Below are positions 1 to 10,000 of a DNA stretch of 64,000 nucleotides, piece by piece. The DNA comes from an uncultured Christensenellaceae bacterium (GTDB lineage: Bacteria; Bacillota; Clostridia; Christensenellales; CAG-1252), in NCBI GenBank assembly GCA_964561145.1, contig CAZLNZ010000011.1, positions 11,230 through 75,229 of the forward strand. The letters run 5' to 3'. The stretch's first letter is position 1; each line of letters starts with the position of its first letter. A program made the translations under genes and the position numbers. Below the pieces are notes generated by a model, which worked only from the letters and a program-made list of their open reading frames with translations, ran no database searches and was not told where the DNA came from.

Positions 1-1431
1 AGCAATGTCGGAGAAGCCTTGACGGAAGCACAACGTTACTTTGACGAGAATCCTTCTTTGAAGGTATACTTCATAACCGACAATAACTATACCGATATCG
101 AGAACGTGCAAATAATCAACACCACCTTACAGGAAAACAATAGCGCGCTTCTTTCTGTTGACTGCTCGATAACCGCGGACGGATTATTAGTTACCGGGAA
201 AATCATTTCTTACGGTGAAGATAGAAATTTAACGCTGTCGTTATATATTGACAACAACGAGGATAAGTTAGCATCGGTCTCCTTAAGCTTAGTCGGCGTA
301 AAAAACAAGTTCGATCTTTCAAAGGAAGAAAATGAAATTTCAGAAGATATTCTTTCCCTTGCTTCAGAATATCAAATAAGTTGCAACGTCTTAGATTACC
401 AATCGATCAAGGTCGTCATCGAAGAGCAGGATGCCAACGCCTTAGACAATGAAATTGTTCTATACAACGTCAAACACGACAATTCCTTTAAAACCTTGAT
501 AGTCAGTGACACCCCTTTCTTTATAAAATCCGCCTTGACCTCATTAGGACATAGACAGATTGACGAGGTAACACCGCTAATATATGCCCAAAATCCCTCT
601 ATTTACAAATACGGCTTGTATATTTTTGACTGTTATACTCCCGATTCAATGCCCACAGACGGTGCAGTATGGTTTATAGCACCCACCACCGTTCCCGATT
701 CAGGCTTTGCCTATCAAACAGATTCTGGCGAGCATTCAAAATATCAGCTGGAGTTCAGCTCATCAACCTCAAAAATTGCCAAAAAATTATTAAGCGATCT
801 AGACCGTTCCGAGGACATGTGGGTTTCAAAATACAACAAGTACAGTCAAGCCAGAGATTTTACGACGCTACTATCAATCGGAAAGGATCCTGTTTTATTT
901 GTTGGGTCAAACATCTACGGCAATAGAGAGGTCGTCTTCGGCTTCGACATCCACGATGCGGACTTTTCTTTAACCTACAACTATTTGCACATATTCAACA
1001 ACTTATTGACCTATACCTTCCCTTCTGTTGTGGATAATTCCATATACACCTGCGGAGATATAGCCAAAATTAACGTTTTGTCGGGCTGCACTGGAATCAA
1101 TGTAACCGCACCCAGCGGAAAGACAAGCTATTTGAACACTGAAACCTCTGAATGCGATTATACCTTAGAAGAGGTTGGCTTATATAAAATTATCGTCAAA
1201 ATGAGCGAGAACTCCTCAGGGCTTGACAGAGAATTATACGTATATTCTCAAGCGCCCTATTCTGAAAGCGTTGTCAATGCCGAATTACAAAGCTTCATAA
1301 TCTCCGGTGAACCCACCGATATTAATCGAGACGGTATATATGAAAACCTAATTTACCTATTTATAATTCTTGCCGTATTATTTATTGCGGACTGGATGGT
1401 GTATTGTTATGAGCAGTATCAGCTTCGATAA
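1..1431 (+). CDS. VWA/BatA-like membrane protein, 5'-truncated by the window edge
   Basis: Frame is open from base 1 (SNVGEALTEAQ...). It has a VWA-like FITD strand and a C-terminal TM segment ending ADWMVY, and is translationally coupled to the downstream VWA gene. Confidence 0.6.
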   Translation, partial: SNVGEALTEAQRYFDENPSLKVYFITDNNYTDIENVQIINTTLQENNSALLSVDCSITADGLLVTGKIISYGEDRNLTLSLYIDNNEDKLASVSLSLVGVKNKFDLSKEENEISEDILSLASEYQISCNVLDYQSIKVVIEEQDANALDNEIVLYNVKHDNSFKTLIVSDTPFFIKSALTSLGHRQIDEVTPLIYAQNPSIYKYGLYIFDCYTPDSMPTDGAVWFIAPTTVPDSGFAYQTDSGEHSKYQLEFSSSTSKIAKKLLSDLDRSEDMWVSKYNKYSQARDFTTLLSIGKDPVLFVGSNIYGNREVVFGFDIHDADFSLTYNYLHIFNNLLTYTFPSVVDNSIYTCGDIAKINVLSGCTGINVTAPSGKTSYLNTETSECDYTLEEVGLYKIIVKMSENSSGLDRELYVYSQAPYSESVVNAELQSFIISGEPTDINRDGIYENLIYLFIILAVLFIADWMVYCYEQYQLR

Positions 1432-4108
1432 TCCATATTTATTATTAATTGCAATACCGTTAGCAGTACTCCTTGCAGTGCCCTTCTTTATCGCAGTAAA
1501 GAAGGAAAACGTCAACGGACACAACATAGCCTCTGCGGTAATTCACCTAATTATCGCTATAACGGTAGCTTTTGCCTTTGCGGGTACTAAGGTAGAAACT
1601 ACGGTAACAAAAACCGATGTATACATTGTAGCCGACCTTTCCTATTCTTCCAGCAAAAATTTCGATTTGATTGACGATTATATAGAAGAAATCAAAGACA
1701 ATTTACCTCGTAACTCCAAACTCGGAGTTGTATGCTTTGCCAAAGACCAACAACTCTATGTTCCAATAGGCGGCAAACTAAAGAGCGTCAAAAATGCAGA
1801 TATCGATTACCTTGACAATAGCGAAACGGATATCGAAGCCGCATTAGACTATACCGGAACCCTATTTAGAGATAGTGTCATTAAGAGAATTGTTTTGATA
1901 AGCGACGGAAAGCAAACCCATCTTAGTGACGCCAATGCCCTTAAGAGAAGTGTCGATTCTCTAAGAGCCGAGGGTATCTTTGTAGATGCGGTATTTTTGG
2001 ATAACAACAACTCGGAGGACACAAAAGAGGTACAAATTGCATCTGTAGATGTAACTCAAAACACCTACCTGAACAAAACCGAACGAGTCGACATTACCTT
2101 AAGAAGCACCTTTGATTGCCCCGCAAAAATCTCTTTATCAAAGAATGGCGTTGTAATAGCGTCTGTCAGCAAAAGAATCACAGCCGGCTATTATAACTTT
2201 AACGACTTTCTTCTAGACACCTCTATACAAGGCACCTTTGATTATGAAGTGATCGTCGAGGCAGAAGGGGACGAAAACCAAAAGAATAATTCTATCGGCT
2301 TTACGCAAAACGTATCGGGAGCATTAAACGTCCTTCTCGTTACCGAAAGCGAGGGAGACAGACTCGATATCGAAGGCATGTACAGCGGACACGCAACCGT
2401 TAAAAGCGTCAATCCCGAACAAGAATTGCCCTGTAGCATCGAAGAGCTGTGTAAATACGATGAAATAATTATTTCAAATGCGGATATAACTAAATCTAGA
2501 GATTACTTGTTATTCTTGGACAATGTCGACACCGCCGTTTCCTTATTCGGTAAAAGCTTGATCACTCTCGGAAACAACTATATACACGAAAAAGAAGAGC
2601 TAAAGCCCTTAGAGGATATACTACCCATACGCTACGGCAATGTCGACAGAGATGCAAAGTTGTATACCCTGGTTGTAGATGCGTCCAGAAGCATGGAAAC
2701 TCTTTCCAAATTCAACATAGCAAAAAGTGCCGCAAAGCAACTGATCAACACCTTAAACGAGGGCGATAACGTCTGCATCGTCTCCTTCAACGGTAATTAT
2801 CACACAGAATTCTCTCCCGATGTAATCTCGGACACTCCTATTGCCGGCGAAAAGAATTCGACAAGAGAAAAGGCGTTAATGGCAATAGACAGTATAAGTG
2901 CAGAGCATGGTACGGTAATAAGCTTTGGCTTGGAACAAGCCTTGGAACTAATAAAAGATCTTGACTACGGAGAAAAGCAGATAATGCTATTGACTGACGG
3001 CTTGACCGTTGAAAACACAGGTACAAGCGTCAATGAGGATAAGAGAATAGAGGCGGTATTGCAGGAATTTGCAAAAAATCGTATAGCAGTATCGGTTATC
3101 GACCTCGGCAGAGGTTCAGACACAAGCGTTACCGCAAACAATGCAGAAAAAAGATTGAAAAACGTTGCCGCCCTTACCTCCGGTAAATATGTTCTTATAA
3201 CAAGTGAATCGGAGCTTCAAAATGTAATGTTCGAAGAAGGATTGATCGATGATATTACAGATGTTGTAATTGACGAGGAAGTATACGTTTACGAAGTTAG
3301 AAGTACTGACGAGGTCTTAAACGATGTCGGCATTGTAAGCTCTGTCGACTACGTTACAGGTTTTATTTACAACAAAGCAAAATCAAGTACTACAACCGTT
3401 CTCGGCGTTCTTTACGAAGGCGCGGTGGATAGGTATGTTCCGCTATATTCCTACTGGACCTATGGTAACGGAAAAGTTTCTACATTAACTTGTTCTCCGG
3501 AGCAAACCGATGTATGGTTGTCGCAAAGCAGGGAAAGATTCTTTACAAACGCACTTACCACCAACATACCGGATGAGAAAAACGACTATCCCTTTGTTGT
3601 CGATATGTACGAAGAAAACGGATTTATAAACATAGCAGTAACACCTGCTAAGGTTGACTCTACGGCGACTTTGAATATAACAATCGGACTTCCCGACTCA
3701 GAGGAAAAAACAACCGAGCAAATGACCTTTGCAAATTCCGGATACAGTTACCGCTTTTCCACGGACAATGTAGGAAAATATACCATAGAAATACTCTATA
3801 AGACTCCTACAACGGCAGGTTACACCGTAAATTTGACCTACTATGTCCCCTTCCTTCCGGAATACGATTCTTTCGTAGCCTACGACATCTCCGTATTGCA
3901 TAAGATGATCGGTTCCGAGGGCACTGTTTTCAACGGAACAAATGAAGTAATAAAGATCGAAAACGACGAGTCCTTGATTAGTAGCTACATTTTAGATCTT
4001 ACCATAACCCTATTGACAATCAGCATTTCATTGTTTGTTATCGATGTTATTATTCGTAAGCTGAAATGGGAAGACATTTTGAGCCTATTCGGCAAGAGAA
4101 AGAAATAG
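1409..4108 (+). CDS. Double VWA-domain membrane protein with GATase-like insertion (MoxR/Bat-type cluster)
   Basis: Two MIDAS motifs (VADLSYSS, VVDASRSM) with ISDG/LTDG, two N-terminal TMs and a C-terminal TM (LFVIDVIIRK). ATG 1409 preferred over the ORF-track start. Confidence 0.75.
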   Translation: MSSISFDNPYLLLIAIPLAVLLAVPFFIAVKKENVNGHNIASAVIHLIIAITVAFAFAGTKVETTVTKTDVYIVADLSYSSSKNFDLIDDYIEEIKDNLPRNSKLGVVCFAKDQQLYVPIGGKLKSVKNADIDYLDNSETDIEAALDYTGTLFRDSVIKRIVLISDGKQTHLSDANALKRSVDSLRAEGIFVDAVFLDNNNSEDTKEVQIASVDVTQNTYLNKTERVDITLRSTFDCPAKISLSKNGVVIASVSKRITAGYYNFNDFLLDTSIQGTFDYEVIVEAEGDENQKNNSIGFTQNVSGALNVLLVTESEGDRLDIEGMYSGHATVKSVNPEQELPCSIEELCKYDEIIISNADITKSRDYLLFLDNVDTAVSLFGKSLITLGNNYIHEKEELKPLEDILPIRYGNVDRDAKLYTLVVDASRSMETLSKFNIAKSAAKQLINTLNEGDNVCIVSFNGNYHTEFSPDVISDTPIAGEKNSTREKALMAIDSISAEHGTVISFGLEQALELIKDLDYGEKQIMLLTDGLTVENTGTSVNEDKRIEAVLQEFAKNRIAVSVIDLGRGSDTSVTANNAEKRLKNVAALTSGKYVLITSESELQNVMFEEGLIDDITDVVIDEEVYVYEVRSTDEVLNDVGIVSSVDYVTGFIYNKAKSSTTTVLGVLYEGAVDRYVPLYSYWTYGNGKVSTLTCSPEQTDVWLSQSRERFFTNALTTNIPDEKNDYPFVVDMYEENGFINIAVTPAKVDSTATLNITIGLPDSEEKTTEQMTFANSGYSYRFSTDNVGKYTIEILYKTPTTAGYTVNLTYYVPFLPEYDSFVAYDISVLHKMIGSEGTVFNGTNEVIKIENDESLISSYILDLTITLLTISISLFVIDVIIRKLKWEDILSLFGKRKK

Positions 4109-4121
4109 GAGGCAACTGATA

Positions 4122-5531
4122 ATGAAGAAAAAAATAGAAAAGATATTATTTCTCGTAATCTGTCTATCTTTAGTTGTCTCTACCTTCGCGTGCAGCGGAC
4201 AATTTATAGAAGGCAATTTTAACGGCGGAATCACTCAAAAACCCTCCGGCAGCGGATCGTCCGGCGGTTCTTCGGGTAGCAGCGATGACGATGACGTATT
4301 TACCGTCACTATCGAGTCCGACGATAATATTTCTCAAGCAGAACTGTCTGCAATACAAGTTATATGGACAAATATCGAAAGCAATAACGGTACTTACTAT
4401 ACGTCCTACTGTAATGCCTTTGGACAGGCAATGGTATCGGGTTTAGATGGTAATTACAGGGTCACCTTAAGCAACCTTCCCGAAAACTTTACTTACAATC
4501 CCAACATCTATACCGTCGATAACGACAACAAGGACGTTAACGTAAGGTTATATAAAATTACAACGATACCCGGAGGAAAGACCGGTACCGATTGGTATGC
4601 CGATGTATGCCGTATAAGCACTACCGGTATTTATAGAGCAGTCCTAACCGCAGACAATTTCGAAGACGGAATGCGTTTCCAATACGAACCGACCTTTGCA
4701 GGAGACTATTCCATCGAATCGATGATAGATATTACCGCAAACAAGCTCAATCCTTACCTTGATAAATACAGCGGTACTTTTGCAAATGTAAACCTAAATT
4801 CAAAAGAAATTATTGACGGCGGCGGAGCGGAAAACACCTATACCAAAAACTTCCGCTATGAAATTCAAATTACCTCTCAAAAAATCGGTAACGTCTTTAA
4901 TTTCTGTATCCGAGCAACTTGTACCGATGAGGACGTCTTTCCTATAAATATCGACTTTATCCTAGAACGGGACGGAGAGTATTCCGGTGCAGGAAGAGAA
5001 TACGAATCTGACGAAGTACTCCCCACACACGATTTCGAGGCTGCAGCGGCAACGGCTTTTACAGATACTAAAGGAAGCTTTAAACATATATCCGAATTTG
5101 CCGGAAACAACGGTTTACTTGACGGCAATGACGTAGCTTATTTTGAGAACGAAGGCTACTATTACGTTGTCAACTCAAAAGGCGAAAAGTATAAACGCTT
5201 GTATGTTGTAATCGGTGCCGACTTCGGTCTTCTGACCACCGATACCAGAACAGGTTTTTTGGATTCCAAAATCAGTTTAAGATGGATTGAAGAATACGAT
5301 AAAAAACAACAAAAGAAAGTTTACTACAACTATTACGACTTTATCCATGAATACTACGGGCAACACCTATATGACGGTGCATACTATCCCGTAACCGAAG
5401 AGTTAAAGCTTTTCTTACAACGCTTCAGTGTCGCTAACAGATATTTCAACGACGGAAACGGTTGGGGCGAAAGCTATTATCAATCAAGCGAGTCCAATCA
5501 ATGGCTCTTTATGTGTGGATATTTCGCATAA
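4122..5531 (+). CDS. Hypothetical lipoprotein
   Basis: RBS GGAGG, signal peptide with lipobox FAC, Gly/Ser linker and Ig-like beta-rich body. Confidence 0.7.
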   Translation: MKKKIEKILFLVICLSLVVSTFACSGQFIEGNFNGGITQKPSGSGSSGGSSGSSDDDDVFTVTIESDDNISQAELSAIQVIWTNIESNNGTYYTSYCNAFGQAMVSGLDGNYRVTLSNLPENFTYNPNIYTVDNDNKDVNVRLYKITTIPGGKTGTDWYADVCRISTTGIYRAVLTADNFEDGMRFQYEPTFAGDYSIESMIDITANKLNPYLDKYSGTFANVNLNSKEIIDGGGAENTYTKNFRYEIQITSQKIGNVFNFCIRATCTDEDVFPINIDFILERDGEYSGAGREYESDEVLPTHDFEAAAATAFTDTKGSFKHISEFAGNNGLLDGNDVAYFENEGYYYVVNSKGEKYKRLYVVIGADFGLLTTDTRTGFLDSKISLRWIEEYDKKQQKKVYYNYYDFIHEYYGQHLYDGAYYPVTEELKLFLQRFSVANRYFNDGNGWGESYYQSSESNQWLFMCGYFA

Positions 5532-5548
5532 CGGAAGGAGAAACGAAC

Positions 5549-7804
5549 ATGAAAAAAACAGCATATAGAATAATATTAATAACCGCGATCATGCTTCTCT
5601 CCATTGCATCGTTAATGTTGGCGGTAGCTTGCGGTCATGAACATCAAGTCAATAAATGGAAACTTATCAAAGAACCCACGTGTTCGACCGAAGGTCTGGA
5701 AAGAGGTGCCTGTGTCGAATGCGGTGAGGTCGTAGAAAGATCGGTTCCCACAGTCGAGGAAAACCACGTTTACGGAGAATGGGAAATAACCGTTGCCCCT
5801 ACCGCTTCAAGGGACGGTTCGGGTATCGCAACAAAAACTTGCAAAGAAAATCCCGAGCACAAAATAACCGCTACACTTCCAAGACTTTCTTCTACCGGTG
5901 CAGGATATGATTATTACGAGGTAATCAAGGAACCTACCGTATTGGAAGAAGGAAAAATTTCCGCAGTATTCCTTCACGAAGAGGGCAATATCAGTTTCAC
6001 AATTGCAACCGCTAAAAAGGAATTCAATCCCGACGACTGCACAATCGAAGACGCAGTTCTCATCGGATCGAGCAACCGGGATCTTATCCGTAGAGGGTCA
6101 GGCTCTATTGCATCGGGTTGGGTTGATTCGGAAAAGAACCCCGGAGGCTTTGAATATGAATATGGCGAGGACTATGTTCACACCTATGACGGTGACGACA
6201 GAAGAGAATTTTGGGTATCACGCACCTCTTCAGGAGAGCCCTTCGGTGTATTAAGTACCGTTGCGGTAGACGGCACCGTAGATAGAATAAAGTACGCCAA
6301 AACGAGAGAAAAGCATTTCGAAGGCTATGAATACAACATTGCAAAAGTAGGACTCACCTATTTCGGTGCAGAGGACCTATTAAAAAACGTTTACGATTTA
6401 GGTATAAGGAATGCCAACAGAGATTACGAAGAGGGGATCACGGAAACAGAAGACGGTCAAACTCTATACTACTTCGAGTTCGGCTATTATAACCCGATCA
6501 AGTATTTATGCAAGATGCGTTGCGAGTTTACGCTTACCGACAGTTATGCTATCAGATATCTAAAACTAAGAACATATACCTTTGTTGCCCTCGGAGATGA
6601 AACCGATCAATTTTATAGGGTGAATGATGCGGAAAATAGAACCATTTGCTATCTAAATGACGGTGTGTATTTGAACGATGCACCATACAAGGAATTTATT
6701 ATATACAACCAAATTACAAAAGAAGAGGACCCCGAGGAGCCCGAGCACGAATACACCGAAGCCTATTTCCAAATCGGAAGCTTTGACCTTCTCTACAAGA
6801 AAAAGCTTTACACCGAGGATACCAATGCAAGCTTTACCGCAGGCGGAAGCAGTTCAATCAAATTTACCCTTTCAAACGTATTAAACGCAAGCGGTCTGGC
6901 ACCGGATAGCGATATCAATCTTTTCGATTACGACCCGATCACACTATATAGAGTAACCGATACCGGTAGAAAAGTTGCACTAAGTTTCTCTCCCGACGTC
7001 GATTCGGTCTGGTATACGGACGGTCTGGTTATAAAGACCTTCCAAATAACCATTTACAGTAAGCTTTCCGGAAACCTTAATTTATTAATACGTACCGATA
7101 GTGGTTATGAAAAAGAGTTTTCCGTATACTGTAAACCCGCATCCCCCTCCGTACTGTATCCTATGGCTTATGAATACAGCGACGCGGGCTATGCTTGGAA
7201 AAACTCTTCAAACAACAAGCTCGAAACCACGGTATATATCGGACAACCGATAACCTTGAAGGCAAGTGTATCCGATGAGGTCAAAAACTACACCGACGGA
7301 GGCTTTACCGCAGAGCTTGCAGAAGCCAACGAAAATGCAACGGTATCTCCTATCGAGGGAAGCGATTGTGTTCAGTTCGTAGCCACCACAGCAGGCACCT
7401 ATATCGTTAAATTGAGATCCACGTCTAACACAAACATTGCCGCAACAATAACAATTACAGTAGTAGACCCGCCGGACGTCATTGCAATGCTCGAGGGAGA
7501 ATATTACGCAAAGCTGAAAAAATTCGATGCAAAGGTCGTATTTGAAAACAAGGACGGAAAAATCTTGGCTTACGTTGAAACAAACAAGGGCAAGGAGGTA
7601 TTGTCCTTAACATATGACAGCGAATATAAAATGATTATATCAGAGCACGAAGACGATACGGAGCTTGGGGTAATGATACTGATAAACGAAGCCTACCGCT
7701 TAAAGATTGCCAATCCTACCGGATTTGGTAGCGGCATGGAAGAAGGAATTTTATATCAAGTGGAAGAAACCACTGTAACTCCGGAAGAAAACACTCAAGA
7801 ATAA
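5549..7804 (+). CDS. Hypothetical lipoprotein with PTC...CxxCG repeats
   Basis: RBS AAGGAG before ATG 5549, lipobox VAC, and HEH...EPTCSTEG...CVECG repeats typical of clostridial surface proteins. Confidence 0.7.
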   Translation: MKKTAYRIILITAIMLLSIASLMLAVACGHEHQVNKWKLIKEPTCSTEGLERGACVECGEVVERSVPTVEENHVYGEWEITVAPTASRDGSGIATKTCKENPEHKITATLPRLSSTGAGYDYYEVIKEPTVLEEGKISAVFLHEEGNISFTIATAKKEFNPDDCTIEDAVLIGSSNRDLIRRGSGSIASGWVDSEKNPGGFEYEYGEDYVHTYDGDDRREFWVSRTSSGEPFGVLSTVAVDGTVDRIKYAKTREKHFEGYEYNIAKVGLTYFGAEDLLKNVYDLGIRNANRDYEEGITETEDGQTLYYFEFGYYNPIKYLCKMRCEFTLTDSYAIRYLKLRTYTFVALGDETDQFYRVNDAENRTICYLNDGVYLNDAPYKEFIIYNQITKEEDPEEPEHEYTEAYFQIGSFDLLYKKKLYTEDTNASFTAGGSSSIKFTLSNVLNASGLAPDSDINLFDYDPITLYRVTDTGRKVALSFSPDVDSVWYTDGLVIKTFQITIYSKLSGNLNLLIRTDSGYEKEFSVYCKPASPSVLYPMAYEYSDAGYAWKNSSNNKLETTVYIGQPITLKASVSDEVKNYTDGGFTAELAEANENATVSPIEGSDCVQFVATTAGTYIVKLRSTSNTNIAATITITVVDPPDVIAMLEGEYYAKLKKFDAKVVFENKDGKILAYVETNKGKEVLSLTYDSEYKMIISEHEDDTELGVMILINEAYRLKIANPTGFGSGMEEGILYQVEETTVTPEENTQE

Positions 7805-7810
7805 CTATAG

Positions 7811-7843
7811 AAAGGTCCCTCCGTGTTTCGGAGGAACCTTTTT
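7811..7843 (+). terminator. Rho-independent terminator
   Basis: AAAGGTCCCTCCG-TGTTT-CGGAGGAACCTTT hairpin followed by a T run, just after the stop at 7804. Confidence 0.75.
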
Positions 7844-7873
7844 ATATAGATACTTACCGATAAAGCAAACATT

Positions 7874-8992
7874 ATGACCGTTCAAACAGATAAAAAGGCA
7901 AAGACAAAAACCCCCTATATACGTAAAGGGAACTATATCTTTTTTGGCTCTTATCCGCAAGATATGGTAACCGATGAAACCTTAGCAAGTATCCTTTCGG
8001 AAAAGGTAACAATACCCCCTTCCCCTTCGGACAAAAAATGGACTAGCTATAAATACTTTTCAGAAGGAAAAAGAAGGGACTTTGCTTGGTATACAGAACT
8101 ACTCTATAACGGAGAAAAATACCGAGGAGTTTTTTTCAATGCATACCGTCCCCACTTGACCACGACAGAAGCCTCCGATAAAGCTAGACAAGAGAATAAT
8201 ATTTACAATTTATCAACAATATATTGGTTCAAGTACGAACCCATAAAATGGAGGGTATTAGAGGAAGAAAACGGCATGGTTCTTATTCTTAGTGAAAGGG
8301 TTATCGATATCGGGAAATACTTTCACGGTGATCACGAAAGGATAATAAACGGTAAAAAGATTTATCCCAACAATTACGCCTATAGCAATATACGATTTTT
8401 CTTAAACAATGTTTTTTATGAAACAGCCTTTACCCCGCAAGAAAAGGAGCTTATCACACTATCAAAGGTTGCAAACGATGCGATAAGTACAAATCCGAAC
8501 GACAATCCTAACTATTATTTAGGTGGCAAAAACAACTATATTTGCGAGAACACCTTAGACCATGTTTTCCTTTTAAGCGAACAAGACGTAACGACATCGG
8601 CTTTCGGCTTCGATCCCGATTGCAGTTCTTTTGACCCTGCTCGACAAAAGGACCCCACGCTTTACGCTCTCTGCCAAGGAGCATCGGTCGATACACCAAT
8701 CGAAAACGAGTATAATCCAGCCGCTAAAGTCCAAAACAGCCCCAAGAATGGCGAATTTATACACAAAGAGTACGAGAACACGAAAATACGAATAAACCCC
8801 TCAAACAAACCTCAAGACGAAATTTCAAATATTATAAAAGGGAATAGTTGGTGGTGGCTTCGTTCGCCGCACTATGACATTAACTTTCATGTCAGAGGTA
8901 TTACCGCAGAAGGGTATGCAGACTATTACTTTTATTACATCCTTAATGCTCTAGGCGGCATTGTTCCCGCTTTAAGACTCAAACTAAAATAG
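7874..8992 (+). CDS. DUF6273-like protein (WWLRSP family)
   Basis: Motifs FGSYPQ, EPIKWRVL, SNIRFFLN, DHVFLLS, WWWLRSP and C-terminal GGIVPAL. Confidence 0.65.
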   Translation: MTVQTDKKAKTKTPYIRKGNYIFFGSYPQDMVTDETLASILSEKVTIPPSPSDKKWTSYKYFSEGKRRDFAWYTELLYNGEKYRGVFFNAYRPHLTTTEASDKARQENNIYNLSTIYWFKYEPIKWRVLEEENGMVLILSERVIDIGKYFHGDHERIINGKKIYPNNYAYSNIRFFLNNVFYETAFTPQEKELITLSKVANDAISTNPNDNPNYYLGGKNNYICENTLDHVFLLSEQDVTTSAFGFDPDCSSFDPARQKDPTLYALCQGASVDTPIENEYNPAAKVQNSPKNGEFIHKEYENTKIRINPSNKPQDEISNIIKGNSWWWLRSPHYDINFHVRGITAEGYADYYFYYILNALGGIVPALRLKLK

Positions 8993-9047
8993 ATCTCTGT
9001 ACCGAAAATATCACAAATTATTTATCTCCGACTTTATCCAAGCACGA

Positions 9048-9614
9048 TTAATTGCTTTCGTCTAAAAACTTACGCATCTTATCCAATGCGGTTTGTTTTA
9101 TATTAAATGCCTGTGTTGTCGACTTTCCGATTATTTTTCCAATTGTCTTTAAAGTCAATTCTTCAAAATAGTGAAGCTGAATCACCTCTTTTTCAACTTT
9201 AGACAAAACACTCATTGCCGCCTTGACTGTTTCACGAACCTCGATAAGTCTTAAATCATCGCTAGGCACTTCATAATCCTCATAGTCAACATAAATATTG
9301 ACACGACAACGTGCCCTCTTTAAAGTTTTAAGACGATTCAACGCTCGTCTTGTTAACACCCTATAAAGGTAACCGTATCCGTTTTTTGAAAATCTAAACT
9401 TATCTGCAATTTTATAAATATCCGCCCAAAAATCCTGAATAAAATCTTCAGCCTCGTCCTTATCGGGAAAATAACTCAAAGCAATATGTCGAACGTTCTT
9501 TGCAATCTCATTATATAAAAAGTCGAGAGACCTTTCGTCCCCACGTTTTATACTAAGAAGATATTCTGTAATTCTCCGTTGTTTGTCTAAATTCACCCGT
9601 GGAGTAGCCCTCAA
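9048..9614 (-). CDS. ECF-type sigma-70 factor
   Basis: Region 2 (EAEDFIQDFW) and region 4 HTH (LSKVEKEVIQLHYFEELTLKTIGKIIG). The true start may be GTG 9596. Confidence 0.8.
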   Translation of the reverse strand: MRATPRVNLDKQRRITEYLLSIKRGDERSLDFLYNEIAKNVRHIALSYFPDKDEAEDFIQDFWADIYKIADKFRFSKNGYGYLYRVLTRRALNRLKTLKRARCRVNIYVDYEDYEVPSDDLRLIEVRETVKAAMSVLSKVEKEVIQLHYFEELTLKTIGKIIGKSTTQAFNIKQTALDKMRKFLDESN

Positions 9615-9872
9615 TAGTTATAGTAAGTCCATTATACAATAAAAAAGTATATTCTGCAATTATAATGTAAAAAAATTAATATAAAAATAGTGTCTCAATC
9701 GATAAACTAAAAAACTCATTATATAGATAGTACTATCGATAATTGTATAGGATTAAGAAAGGGTTTCAGTGACATCGGCATAAACTAAAATCGATTAAAT
9801 ACAGAACTTTAAAAAAACAAAATACTCCACATCGAACAAATAACAATATATTCTTAACGTGCAAAACTATCA

Positions 9873-9940
9873 AATTTTATACGTCTGCCTTACACAAAAT
9901 CCCCGCTTTTGACAATTTTATACGTCTGCGTTACACAAAA
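9873..9940 (+). repeat. 27-bp direct repeat pair (putative operator)
   Basis: AATTTTATACGTCTGC(C/G)TTACACAAAA at 9873-9899 and 9914-9940, one mismatch. Confidence 0.85.
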
Positions 9941-9943
9941 ATA

Positions 9944-9972
9944 TTGACAATCAAAAAATACTGTGATACTAT
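9944..9972 (+). promoter_or_regulatory. SigA-type promoter of the AAA ATPase gene
   Basis: TTGACA-17 bp-TACTAT with an extended -10 TG. Confidence 0.7.
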
Positions 9973-10000
9973 TAAGGAAAGTAAAAACAGGAGAATTAGG

